The notes beneath the pieces are model-generated. The model had not been told where the DNA came from. It searched no databases and worked only from the letters and a program-made list of their open reading frames with translations. A stretch of 64,000 nt of DNA from the human T2T-CHM13v2.0 reference genome, Homo sapiens, in assembly GCF_009914755.1 (NCBI RefSeq), contig NC_060932.1; one strand, 5' to 3'. Positions 32,181-45,942 of this stretch are shown here, piece by piece; within the stretch, counting starts at the first letter, position 1; each line of letters starts with the position of its first letter. The translations under genes were made by a program, and so were the position numbers.

Positions 32181-32390
32181 CAGTTTGATTCTCAACTAGG
32201 AGCAATTTCGTCCCTGAAGGTATATCAACTTCTGGAGACATTTTGGTCAGCAGAGGGGGAGGTGTTCCTGGTATTTGGTGGACATTGGCCAGGGGTGCTG
32301 CTCAACACCCTACAAGGCACAGGGCAGCGCCCACAACAAAGAATTATCCAGTCCCAAATATCCATAGCATGGAGGTGCATAGTCCCTCTA
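32181..32390 (+). mobile_element. MER20 (hAT-Charlie)
   Basis: ttctcaact..tctggagacattttgg..ggccaggggtgctgctcaacaccctacaaggcacagg..caacaaagaattatcc. Confidence 0.85.
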
Positions 32391-33448
32391 CTGGAGAGAC
32401 TGAAGGGCAAAGAGACTACCATCAAGGAAACAATTTAAGTGGCCATGCAGGCCCTGTGGGCTCTGAACATGCCCCCACGTCGGTCATTCCAGTTAGCATC
32501 TCCCCTCCCAGCATCTGTGGTGCAAAAGCAGAAAAGAGCCAGTGAAGCCCGGGAGGTCCTGAGTTGGCTCCCAAACTCACTTCCTCCAGAGGAATTCTTC
32601 CTTAGCGGTTTATACACTTCCTGTTTATTCACATGCAAACAAACACATAGGAAAACCTCAGTCCCTCCATTCAGAACATGTTCTGAGGAATTCAGCCTGC
32701 AAAGCTTTCTTCAAAAATGAAAGCTTCTTTGTGTAAATGCTCAGAATTCATAAGCAACTAAATGAGGGACAGCGGGAACGAGGGAGGGTGGGAACAGGAG
32801 AGAAACCACATGGGGCTGACTTTAGAGTAGCCATAATTCAAGAGAACATGGGTGGCTTTTCTGCTCTTGAGAGAAATAAACAGCATTTCTTCCCAAGGAG
32901 TCACATCCCTGAAAGCATTCTATCTCCCCACTCCTCAAAGTGATCATGGCTCCTGGGCCTCTAACGCAACACTCGGCTTCATGTATGCAAATGGTAGGCA
33001 CTCAATAAACAAAGTGAGTGACTACATAGTAAAGGAAAAATAAATGCATCACTATTTTGTTATAGAGAAAGTAACTTAACAATGAGTTGATTACAACTAA
33101 CATTTACTTTTGCACTTAATATGGGCAAACCCACTGAGCATATTCTCTCATTGACGCCTCCCAAGAGTGAGAAATGAGTCAATAAATGTTGTTTTGATTA
33201 ACTCATATTGTTAAATTACTTTAAAATTGTCAGTGAAATAGGTGTCATTATACATATTGAAGCTGTGACTCCTGTTATTCATGACAATTTCCACCCTCTG
33301 TCTTATTTGATCCCGGCCTTGAAAGATAAGTATATAAGATCCCATTTTGTAGCCATGAGAGTTGAGGCTCAGAGAATGAGACCTGTCTGAGGCCATATGT
33401 CCCCATGCTGGGCCTAGAGCCCAATGTTCCCTGTAAAATGCCATGATC

Positions 33449-34081
33449 TGTGTCAGTTATCAATTTATTGCCTCTCTGCTCCAAATTCACCCTTCATTGT
33501 TCTGGGTCAACGGAGCTGGCCCTGTATTTCCCCTTTGCTAGCTGGCACAATGTGGACCCTTGTTAGCAGAAGATGTTGGAAGAACACTGCCGCCAGAAGG
33601 GGTTTCTCTCCTCCAGGTTCCAGAGCACTCTCCCCTCTGGACTCTTGCCATACACAGTCTGTTCAGTATCTGAGCCCAGCAGTCAGTGACCACATCTGCA
33701 CCCAGCTCCTGCAGGACCTCAGCACCTCCTCAGGAATCTTTGCAGTGAGTCCTGAGACCTATCACCTACCTGTGGACAGTTCTCCCTGGCACCTCAGAAG
33801 GAAGATTAACAGCAAGTTCTGCCACCATGGCACCTCTGCAACTTGGTGGCTGAGCACTGAGCCATGGCTGGGCTCTCAAAGAGGTCTGGGTCTCAGCCTT
33901 AGGGATAGCAACTGCTCTCTATAGCTGCAAATCCTACATTATTTGGGATTTTCTCCCCTCCTTACTGACCAATTCCCCACTACTTCAATACCTTTTTCCA
34001 ATGAATAATTCTTTATAGTGAACTCTCCACATTCAAATATCTGTATGGTTTTTATCTCCTGGCTGGTCCCTGACTGATACA
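33449..34081 (+). mobile_element. LTR41-like (ERVL) solo LTR
   Basis: tgtgtcagttatcaatttattgcctctctgctccaaattcacccttcattg...ccctgactgataca. Confidence 0.8.
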
Positions 34082-35579
34082 TGTTGCTTCCTTTCTGAGC
34101 ATCTTATTGCAGGGATTGAGGCCTGAAAATTACCTGGCATCCCACAAACACGAACAAGAGATTCAAGAAGCTGGGACCTGAGGAAAAATTGCTTTTATCT
34201 TATCTTCTTGGTTTCTCATCTGGGTTTCATGGGATGCAGGAGGAAGGGATCAACCACAAAGCACTTTTTGGAAGTGGCACCTATGAAATACACACGTCTT
34301 GTTTAATGATCTAAAAACATTTCAGTCGTTTTAAATTTTCATACTTATGTTTCAACTATAACCCTAGGTACAGTAGCCAGCATCCACTTCTCCATCCCAT
34401 TGGATTGATTGATTTTAATCAGTCTTAAAAGCTCAGTGTAATTCCTCCCCCAGGAATGAGTACACTCAATTATCAGCTCTCATGACAGTAAGGCCACCTC
34501 CCATGCACACAGCAGTTCATGTGTGTTAAGTCATTCAACCATCAAAGCTCTGGGACATCCAGAGCAAGTTTTACTGTCCTCCCCTTTAGGCAAGCAAACC
34601 TGACCCTGGGAGAGTTAAATGAGTCTCACAAAGGCAAGTGATAAACAGCCAAAGTGTGTGCTAAGACTAAAATCCAAGTCCTCTAAATTCATTATTCTTT
34701 TAGCCATGGCCTCCTCCCCCACATCTCTCTGTTTCCTGGACAAAGGCTTTATCTTCTGCTAAAGAATTTCAAAGATCAGCAAACAGGAGTGTGTGGGAGG
34801 TTATTTTGGGGGCGACGGTGGGCAGTGTTCAGGGCTCTTCTGGCACCCTCATCTCTGCTGAGTAGGCGCCATCTGATGCACTGAACTGGCTTCAAGCCAG
34901 CCCCAGACAAAAAGGCAGGAACCGAAGGTAGGCGAGGGCTGATGTGGGGAGGGAGGGACAGTGGAAACGGTGTTGCACAATTAGACGGGGACTCATGAGG
35001 CTGGCATTTCCCTAGTGGGGAGCCAAGGCTGCACAGAGGGAGAAGGGGGTGGGGTGGGGTGAACAGTGGCTCTGTCCATACTGTTTGGACACTAGCAAGG
35101 CTGTATGAGAAAAGTCACAATTCATTAAGATTTGGGTGGGGACACAGTCAAACCAAATCTGGGTCAAGCCGAGTCTGTACATGAGGGAAAGTAAGTACAG
35201 ATGTGAACATTTCCAAGTGGAATATGTGTGTAACCAGAGCACCCCTAGGCCTCAAGAGCTTATTACAACCAGGATGGCAACCATGGAGATGACAAAACAG
35301 TGGCTAGAATTTATTAGGCACGTACTGTGGGCCAAGGACTGCTCTAAGCATTTTATATTCACCATTCTACTTAACCTCAAAATAGCCACATAAAGGAGAT
35401 GTGAATGAAAAATGCTATATTTAACTTAGTACCCAAAAATAATAGATACTAGCTTCTCCCTTTGGTAACTCTTCATTTTCCCATACCTCACTGAAGACCT
35501 TCTCACCTTCTTCCACCCAACTCCCAGTTATTTCTGGAACCCTGGAAATCTCATGAGTATGTATGTGTGAGGTTTTTAA

Positions 35580-36765
35580 ATTTTTTTTAACTTTTTCAAG
35601 CTTTTCGTTTTGAAATAATTTCAGACTTCCATAAAAATTGCAAAAATGTCACAAAGAATTCTAATGTACTTTCACCAACTCCCCAAATGTTAACATTTTA
35701 TATAACCACAGTACAATGGTCACAATGAAGTTAACACAGGTGTAAATAACAGTTATAGAATCTACTAATGTCACTTTTTTCTTGTCCAGGATCCAATCCA
35801 GAATCACATATTGTGCTTTGTTGTCATTTCTCCTTGGTTTTCTTTAATCTGACACATTTCCTCAATCTTTTTGGCTTTCATGATCCTGATACTTTTCAAG
35901 AAGACTGATCAGTTATGTTGCCCAACGTTCCTCAGTTTGGCATTGTCTGGTGTTTCCTCATGATTTGTGTTCGCACTTTCTATTTGGGGTAAGAATAGCA
36001 CAGATGAGCTGTTTTGTCCTCGTCAGGGCATCATACAAGGAGACACATGGTATTTATTTGTCCCTTTACAGGTGACGGTGACTTGGACCCCTTATTAAGG
36101 TTGTGTCTGCCAAGTTTCTCCATAGTAAATATTTTCCCTTTGGTACTTAATAACTAGATCCTTTAAGAACATGCAAAGACCACGTTATCATCATATCTTT
36201 GTCAATTAAGTTTGGCTTACGTTGATGATTCTCGCCTGCAACAATAATTGCTGTTGTGTTTCCCTAAAGGTGATATTCTATTTTATTAGCCCTTTTGTAT
36301 TTACTCATTGAAATTCTACCCAAAGAAAAAGCTTTTTCTTTTCCTTCATTTATTTTATTTTATATTTTGAGACCGAGTCTCTCTGTCACCCAGGCTGGAG
36401 TGCAGTGGTGCGATCTCGGCTCACTACAACTGACCTCCACCTCCTGGGTTCAAGTGATTCTCCTACCTCAGCCTCCTGTGTAGCTGAGATTACAGGCATG
36501 TGCCACCAAGCCTGGCTAATTTTTATATTTTTAGTAGAGATGTGGTTTCATCATGTTGGCCCAGCTGGTCTTGAACTCCTGACCTCAGGTGATCTGCCTG
36601 CCTCAGCCTCCCAAATTGCTGGGATTATAGATGTGAGCCACAGCACCTGACCTCCCTTCATTTATTTAATTATTTATTTATTTGTATTGACATAGACTCA
36701 AGAATTCTTATTTTATTCCATGGGTTCCAATCATCTCAGATGTGGCCATGGAATCAAAAACCCTT
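35580..36765 (-). mobile_element. L1MC4/5-like 3' fragment, interrupted by an Alu
   Basis: ttttgaaataatttcagactt..tccccaaatgttaacatttta..tccaggatccaatccagaatcacat. Confidence 0.8.
36348..36652 (-). mobile_element. AluSx-like
   Basis: Reverse-complement dimer. Confidence 0.94.
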
Positions 36766-36770
36766 TTAAA

Positions 36771-37629
<859 letters not shown>

Positions 37630-39068
37630 TAGAAAGTTGAACAACTATATGGTCAGGGGAGTCTCTAAAATCAAATGGGCCAGTAACCCCCCGCTATTGG
37701 AGAAACAATTATTTAATCCATTTCTTCTACTAGAATAACAGTAAGCATCCTTCATTCACTGGCAGATAGTCCATTACTTCCACAAATAGCTTTTATAACC
37801 ATGGTCTGTCTTGATCTTGATGTAGTTTTATAAAAAGAAGCAAAATTAAGGCTTAAAAGAACCCAGCTATTTTATGAATGAGAAAACAAAGGCCTTTAGG
37901 AGATCCTACAGGCTCAAGTGAGTATCTGTACCTGAAACTCAGGTGTTCTGATTCCCATTTCAGGTCTCTGTTGATCACACTAACTGTCGCGTCACCACCC
38001 TTCTCTTGGCTGGTTTCCTCTACAAAGCTGGACTGGACCAGAATTTTGTTATCCCAAGAGGCATAGAGGTGACGTGAGGTGTGAAAACGAAGCAGAACTT
38101 TCATCCGTTGCTTTGATCTGTTTTTTATTTTTATTAAATTTGTCATCAATGGCAATTTTTTTTAAATTTTCAACTAATTTAGAAGCAGATTATAAGATCA
38201 TTATATCCCCTTATCTAAGGGGATATGGAGAGAAAATACTGAGAAACACAGGAGTGGGTGGCCCTAAGTTCTTATTCAGCCTATTGGTCACTGATTCCAA
38301 TTCCATTAACTTAGTGACACCACCAGGAAGTTAATTTGCATATGTTGACCCACATTCTCAACAACTCTCACAAATGTTTGTTAGGTTTTATTTTCTAAAA
38401 TTGTATTTACCTACATATGTATGTATTTATGCTAACATACCTCAAAATGGGGAGTTAAATGTTTTAAGACAAAACCTGGTCCAGACATAGCTGCATGACT
38501 TGAATGTTTTGAGTTTCTTCCATTTGCAAATTCTAAAAGAAAACAGATACAATCCCCGGAAAAATGTCACTATGACAACTCTAGAGTATCTATGATTTGT
38601 TTTTGGTAGAAGTTTATTCTAGAGAATGGATTGCTAGAACATGTTTCCAGTCTGGAGATTTAAGCAGAGCTCCCTATACAGAAACGAATCCTGTGATCTC
38701 AGCAAGGGAAATGAGATGAAGGGCCACACATTCTCCCCACCAGCCCTTCCTGCTCCAAAGTCTCAGGGCCCGGGGGAAAAGTGACTGAGCTTTCATGTAG
38801 GTAAATGATTTAGAAACAGTTCGAGGTTCTTTTGCATGTTTGGAGTAGAGAGGGGGAGTTGCAGCATAACTTTTGCTAAAAAATAGAGTGGTAAAGTAAT
38901 GAATGAATTTGGCTGCAACCAAGCTTAGAGCTTGTCTCATTTCCTCATCTCCTGCTTGCATTGGAAGTAGCATAAAATCAAGTGTCTTTTGGCTTTAATC
39001 AGAAATGGTGATTGTCAACTGAATAAAAATCAGGTAAAAATTTATTATAAATGGCTGTTATAACCACC

Positions 39069-39369
<301 letters not shown>

Positions 39370-39459
39370 CATAACCACCATTTCTACAGGTTATTTACTC
39401 AGACAAGGAAATAGGTTCTTTTTACAGGGCCTTCTTTCTGGTGTTCAGAAAGTTCTGTG

Positions 39460-39660
39460 GACGGGAGTCAGAAGATGGGGATTTGCATTCTGACTCTGCT
39501 ACTCACTAGGTATGTGGCCCGAGCAGGATGCTGAGCCTCCTGGAATATCTGTGTCTTCATCTACAAAGTGGAGTGAATGATACCTGCCAGTTCATACTGG
39601 ATCAAATGAGGGGGTTTCTATATGTTGTAAGGCGCCACATAAATTTAAGATGTTATTAGT
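39460..39660 (+). mobile_element. MIR
   Basis: ggagtcagaag..ctctgctactcactagg..ttcatctacaaagtgg. Confidence 0.65.
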
Positions 39661-40061
39661 ATTATTTTCCACTGGAGGCTTCCACCTACATATTCTGTAC
39701 AAAATTTCCATCTCTCTCAAGGCCAAAGGAAGACCCTCCCTCTGGTTTAAAGTTTGTCTTTGACACTTGAGAAGACAGGAGTTTCCAGAATGTGCTATGG
39801 TTCTTCTTCCCAAGACTGAATGTGGCTCAAGACCCCTCCGTAGAGATTGCCAGAAACAGAACTCTCATTCTTTGTCTGAACACAACTTGATGCATAACAG
39901 AACAGGTTATTACGATGCTATTTCTCTAATAGACCCAGCTGTGGGCTGTACCCAAGATTTGGGCTGCAGGTGTCTTGTCAGCTAGCTTTCTGTCTTGGGG
40001 CTTTGCAGAAGAAGGCTGACTTGACCATGGACCACATTCCAGGGTCAAAAGCCACCATACC

Positions 40062-40376
40062 TTTTTTTTTTTTTTTTTTTTTTTTTTGGAGACAGAGTCT
40101 TGCTCTGTCGCCCAGACTGGAGTGCAGTGGCACGATCTCGGCTCACCACAAGTTCTGCCTCCCAGGTTCATGCCATTCTCCTGCCTCAGCCTCCTGAGTA
40201 GCTGGGACTACAGATGCCTGCCACCACACCCAGCAATTTTTTTTTTTTTGTATTTTTTAGTAGAGATGGGGTTTCACCGTGTTAGCCAGGATGGTCTTGA
40301 TCTCCTGACCTCGTGATCCACCTGCCTCCGCCTCCCAAAGTGCTGGGATTACAGGAGTGAGCCACCGTGCCCGACC
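40062..40376 (-). mobile_element. AluY
   Basis: ttcatgccattctcc; caccgtgttagccaggatggtc; TSD caaaagccaccata. Confidence 0.95.
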
Positions 40377-42066
40377 AAAAGCCACCATATCTTTTCCTTA
40401 TCCAGGACTCTGAAGAAACAGACTCTGATGGGAAAAACTAAAGCAGACACTGCTTACCAATGACTTGGGATTTGTCTTCATTTGGGCTTATGACCTATGT
40501 GGGGAGTTTGGCCGATACGGTTTTATGAGGCCCTCTTTCACCTACAAGGATGTGTCTCTAGATTTCTTTGCCAAATGTAATCAAGTTCCTTTACCGGGCT
40601 CTCGGAGGAGAAATAGTCATATATTTTAGGAACATTTGGCCCAGCAATGTGAATTGTGAAATGATTTTCAGAGAACTATCCAGAGATATCCTGTTTGGAT
40701 AGAAAGCAAGCATTGTTTTGATTTTTTAGTGGAAAAGTGAATCTTACAAAATCAGTTCAATTCCCTATGCTTCCTCTAGTTCACTTTCCCTGTGTGTGGG
40801 GTAGAAGGCATAGCAGTACTAGGTGTGTCCATGCTTCCTGATGGTCAAGAGAACATAGATTTTCCCCAGCGAATGCTTTTGCAAGTGATCTTATCACAAT
40901 CTCTCATTCAATCTTAGCTCATCATAATTTATGTCTCTAACACCTTCAGGTATGTGCTCATGGTCTCTCTGGGCTTGAGGCTTCTTCTTGGAACTCTTTC
41001 TGCTATTCTATGATTTCCTTAGGCCAGAAAGGACAAGTATTTTGAAAGAGGCCCTCGGACTTCTGCACATGCCCCCAAATTATGCAACATCTTCAACAGA
41101 GAGAAAATGAAGCCAGGAACGACCAGCTACTTAAGGCAAAAGCAGTGGCAGGCAGGATCCAAGACCCTGACCTGGGCTCTGGCTTGCTTAGGTTTGGTAC
41201 ACTGCTGCAGCCTCTTCACCAGTCTGCCTGTCTCCTGCTGCCCCCTTCATCTACACTTCATGGCCCTGGCCAATCATCTTCCTGGACGACTGCCTCTATA
41301 TGCTCCCTTCCCTTCTACCAGTAGGATGAAAGCCAGCTTCCTCTGACCCATTAGAGACTCTGAGGGTCCCTTAACCCAGACCCAGCCACCTCTTGCTCCT
41401 TAGCTTTCTTTTCTGCTCAACCTGACACTTCCGTCCTGGTGGCTTTTCACCCTGCCATTCCTCCCCCTTCTCTGTCCGTGGCCTGAATGTCCCTAGCATA
41501 CCTGTGCTTTCCTCAACATGCCTGCTTCTGTCTTTCCCAAGATGCATTCCCTTTCAGTCAGATGCCCGACTTAAACCCAGTCCCTTCTAAGGAGTACAGC
41601 CCAAACTCTGGCTTCCACAGCACTTTCCTGGGCCCACTTCTTCCCTTTAACTGTTTCAGAAACATTTCGCTCTTTCTCACTTCAATCAGTCTCCTGCAAT
41701 TATCAACCTTGATAATGCTAGGAGCTGAATGCTTCTGTCCCCCACTTGCCAAGTTTATATATTGAAGCATTAACACCCAAGGGGATGATATTTGGAGATG
41801 GGTCCTCTGGGAGATGATTAGGATTAAATGAGTTCAGGAGGATGAGACCCTGGTCTGGTGGACTTAGTGCCCTTAGAAGAAGGGATATCAGAGAGCTTTC
41901 TCTCTCCCTTTCTCCAGGAGCGTATACTAAAGAAAGTCCACAGGAGAAGGTGGAGTGATAGCAGCCATCTGCAGGCCAGAAAGGGGGCCCTTGCCAAAAC
42001 CCAGCCACGCTGGCACCTTGCTCTCAGCCTTCCAGCCTCCAGAATGTAGGCCATCCAATCTATAGG

Positions 42067-42369
42067 TTTTTGTTTTGTTTTGTTTTGAAGACAGAGTCTC
42101 ATTATGTTACCCAGGCTGGAGTGCAGTGGCACTCTCGGCTCACTGCAACCTCCGCCTCCCAGGTTCAAACAATTCTCCTGCCTCAGCCTCCTGAGTAGCT
42201 GGGATTACAGCACTTGCCGCCACCATGCCTGGCTAATATTTTTGTATTTTTAGTAGAGATGGGGTTTCACCATGTTGGCCAGGCTGGTCTCGAACTCCTG
42301 ACCTCGTGATCCGCCTGCCTTGGCCTCCCAAAGTACTGGGATTACAGACGTGAGCCACTGTGCCCAGCC
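42067..42369 (-). mobile_element. AluS (Sg-like)
   Basis: Reverse-complement dimer with a (GTTTT)n tail. Confidence 0.95.
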
Positions 42370-43030
42370 TATTCTGTTTTCTTAAAAAATAAGCTCTAGC
42401 AAGGTTTTTTCGAGAAAAACTTGGCATGGTCTACCTTTCACCAGTCTGTTCTGGCACACCACTGATGATACTACGATCGCCCTGATCAATGGTAGCCAGT
42501 ATGCCTACTCTGTAGTATTTTCCACATGCTGTGCCTGATTGGATATTATTGCTACCTTAGTGATGGAAAAGTTTTGGCCAACATCATGTTGTCGTCTATT
42601 TTCTATTTCCTTGAAGTTGGGCAGCTGTTAGCAGGCATGGCCTGTTTCGCTTTGCCTCACCTGATCATCTCTGGAGTCTGCTTACATCCCAGAACAGATT
42701 TTCTACTTTTCATGTGTTATAATCAAGAGTTGATGCATTCCAGTGAGTTTTTCTACAAAGCAAACATTAAGCACAGACCTGAAGGCCTCTTTTGCCACCA
42801 CCTCAAAACTATGTCCATGGTAAAGGGAATTTGAGGAGATATAAAATTAAAAACAAAAACAAAATAACTGGATCTAGCTTTCTGAAGCCAAGCCCATTAA
42901 TAAAACCTCCCCAAGTCATTGAGAGGGCCTCTGGGGTCCCTTGGGGCCCTGCAAATGCCAGTGGCCATGCTGTCACCTCAGTAGGCTTGCATCTGCCCAC
43001 TCCTGCTGAGACTCATCTCTCCACGTGAAT
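42370..43030 (-). pseudogene. RPL30P: RPL30 (60S ribosomal protein L30/eL30) retro-pseudogene, decayed, apparently semi-processed
   Basis: Minus-strand translation from 42752 to the TAG at 42431-42433 gives [100 protein letters not shown]. This is colinear with RPL30 residues 8-115 ([37 protein letters not shown]...[34 protein letters not shown]). It carries several stops and a frameshift, followed by a short 3'UTR and degenerate A tail. Pseudogene number not known. Confidence 0.93.
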
Positions 43031-43538
43031 CCCAGGCTATGGTATTTTGTTATGGCAGCCTGAGCTGACTAAAGCAGATAATATTTCAAGTCTTTTGCTA
43101 AGTAACTTCTTTTTCTCTTGTTTTACTCTCTAATTCCCGACAGGATAGTGCCCTCTCCTGGAGAGCAAGGTCGTACCCACCTTAGCATCCTTCCCAGGAA
43201 CTGACACTCAAATAGGGATTTGTCTCATTCAATCCAGTTCAGCATTTCAGACCAGTTGAGGAAAGGCCTGTCTACATTTGTGAGAAAGTATGTTTCTGAA
43301 TATAATTCAAGAGATCTAGTTTTATATTTTTAAAATTGTATTCTAACTAAAATCATTTTCTAAACGTATCATTTGAGAGAACTCCTTTTGAGTCTTTAAC
43401 GTATAAATAGAAATTGTTGACTTAGTTGGATTTTAATGGGTTTTTCTTACTCTTGACAATGCTTACGTGGGCTTTTCACGCCTCTGAAGTATTCTGAATC
43501 TCCAACCTGCCATCGTGTTTACATTACATTACATTCAG

Positions 43539-43924
43539 TGTTGAATCAAGTTTGGCCTAAAGCTACCTCCTTACGTATTTTATGATCAGCCTAAAGGTTT
43601 CTCTATACATCATGAATTATAACCTAAATGGAGGTGTAAACAGACTGTAGCCTACTTTGTGCCTGTCACTGAGTTTCGGCCAATCAAACGTGGCCATCTA
43701 TTCAAAGTGTGCAAATAAGGCAAGCGCCAAGCTGTAACGAATCCACCTGTTTGTTCCTCACATCTGTTCTCTTTAAGTCACTTTCCTTCTTCTGTCCATA
43801 AATCTTCTTCCACCACGTGGCTGTGCTGGAGTCTCTGAGTCTATTCTGGCTCCAGAGGCTGCCCGATTCTCGAATTATTCTTTGCTCAATTAAAACTCTT
43901 TTAATACGTCTGCTGTTTTTAACA
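43539..43924 (+). mobile_element. MER57-family (ERV1) solo LTR
   Basis: tgttgaatcaagtttggcctaaagct..ggccaatca..caaataaggcaa..tttgctcaattaaa..ttttaaca. Confidence 0.85.
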
Positions 43925-45011
43925 ACAGCAAGAACCACACTTCCTTTATAATCAATCATAAATCAATTCATCCTTCATCTGATCCACTGTGATTTCTCAG
44001 GAAATTAAAACAGAATTAGTGAGGTTTAACAATATGTGTATTTTACAGAACAAGTTTTCTTCTCCAATCAGTTCACATCTGCAAAACTTTATCTTTTCTT
44101 AGCATGCTTACTACAACATGGGAAAGAAAAACACCCCAAAAAAGTTGAGGGCTGGTTTTCCACTCCTCCCCTCCATCCGAGATGGGATGTTGACTCTGTC
44201 TCTGAAATTTATAGCAACACAGCTCTAATAGCAGAGATAAGGAAAGGCCTGGCTTCTTAGGAACTCACTGTACCTCCACTTAGAAATTTACGTGGCCCAG
44301 AGATCACAGCAGCTGATGAAAAGAAGGGTGTGAGATTGTTAGACAGGATACCTAACTCACTGGGGCTGCTGTGTCCTCATCGGGAAAAAGAATCACAATG
44401 CATTTCCTGTCCTCAAGTGGATGTTAGTTTGTTATCTACAGGAAGCACTCAGCAAAGCTTCTTAGATTATTGAAGAAGCAGCTGAAGAAGTCCTTATAAC
44501 TATACTCTGAACAGCACGGTCTATTAAGCCTGAGGCCCTCTGCCTGGTTGGGAGGACTCTTCCATTTCTCCTGCTCGATGGCAGTGGCTGCTTCCTCCAG
44601 CAATTCTCTTTCCTGACTCACCCTCTCCGACAGATGCTCCCTACTACCCGCAGACTGGTCTCAGGTGTGTTTGCTCCATAGACTGGCCTTAGGTGTGTTT
44701 GTGTCCACAATCCTTGTTCAGAAACATTTTATGGTACCTGAAGTATCCACACTATTAATTCCAAACATCTTCAAAATGGTATTCAAAGCCCTTCACACTC
44801 TCGCTGCTTCTAAATGTTCCAGCCTTCTCTCTCATTACAACTTCCCAAGGATGTGATTCATAACCCCCGTGGGTCTGGACCTACGCTAGTGTCTCCTACC
44901 TTTGCTCAAACTATTCTCCTTCCACATGGCCTCATTTTTTACCAGTTTGGCCAGTGCTGTGTTGAGCCATGTTGGAGTCCAAGCAAAAGGAAAGATACAC
45001 ACCCCCATATG

Positions 45012-45361
45012 CACTTCTCACACTGCTAATAAAGACATACCTGAGACTGGGTAATTTATAAAGGAAAGAGGTTTAAAGGACTCACAGTTCCACACGGCTT
45101 GGGAGGCCTCACAAATCATGGTGGAAGGCAAATGAGGAGCAAAGTCACATCTTACATGGTGGCAGGCAAGTGAGAACTTGTGCAGGGGAACTCCCATTTA
45201 TAAAACTATCAGATCTCGTGAGACTTATTCACCACCATGAGAACAGTATGGGAGAAACCACCCTGATGTTTCAATTATCTCCACCTTGCCTCACTCTTGA
45301 CAGGTGGGGATTATTACAGTTCAAGGTGAGATTTGGGTGGAGACACAGCCAAACCATATCA
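45012..45361 (-). mobile_element. THE1C-like MaLR LTR
   Basis: ctgctaataaagacatacctgagactggg...cagccaaaccatatca. Confidence 0.9.
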
Positions 45362-45544
45362 AGTGTAAAAGCTAATAAAAGCTCTACAGTTTTTAAAAAT
45401 GACTATATATAAACCTCTAGGTTGCCCAATCTGCTCACAGGTTGCTGACAACCCTTATAAAGGCTCCTGGTAGGGAACTAGGAACCAAGAGCTGATTAAA
45501 AAGAATAGTTTCCTTGTATGAGAAGGCAGGCTCATTCAAAACAT

Positions 45545-45724
45545 CCTGGACTTATTGAAATAATGGATGTTCTATTACTTGTGGGGTTTTTTGCATTTAT
45601 TTTGATTTTAAAATATTTCATTAACGTATTATTAATCTTGATTACTGAAGTTTTTTTTGGCACTCCTGTACATGCTGTAACCCAGTCAAGTGTCCCACTC
45701 ATTTTACCCTAATCCCCACCTTCA
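45545..45724 (+). mobile_element. MER96B-like hAT fragment
   Basis: ttgcatttattttgattttaaaatatt..atcttgattactga..ttttttggca..accctaatccc. Confidence 0.55.
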
Positions 45725-45942
45725 GTCTGGTAAAAGTCTGTGAGATCCCTGTTTCAATGCCGTTTCCTCTAATGAGCTTTACCCGAGCTCCCTAAATGAA
45801 ATAGATCTCTCCCTGTCTTCTACTTCCATAGCACACTGCTTGGGTCTCTGTCTTGGTCGTAACTACTCTGCCCTTTAACAGGTTATTTATGTAGGTCTTA
45901 CTCTCTTACCAGCCTGAAGCTCCTGGAAGGCAGAATTCACAC

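Larger units (their letters stand above)
41716..43076 (+). mobile_element. MLT1A-type LTR split by a ~1 kb insertion (Alu + RPL30 retrocopy)
   Basis: Body at 41716-~42063; terminal ctatggtattttgttatggcagcctgagctgactaaagca at ~43037-43076; 5-bp TSD gataa at 41711-41715 and 43077-43081. Confidence 0.85.

Noticed and set aside
33560-33585. LTR41-borne CTCF site
   Set aside because: The recalled consensus CAGTAGAGGGCGCT is degenerate here (tagcagaagatgtt).
33424-33924. 166-aa ORF
   Set aside because: Lies almost wholly within the LTR41-like element; no domain.
42431-42752. Functional RPL30 gene or retrogene
   Set aside because: No start codon, at least five in-frame stops and a frameshift.
45255-45280. 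DUX4 motif in the THE1C LTR
   Set aside because: Mutated (tgtttcaatta instead of tgattcaatta).
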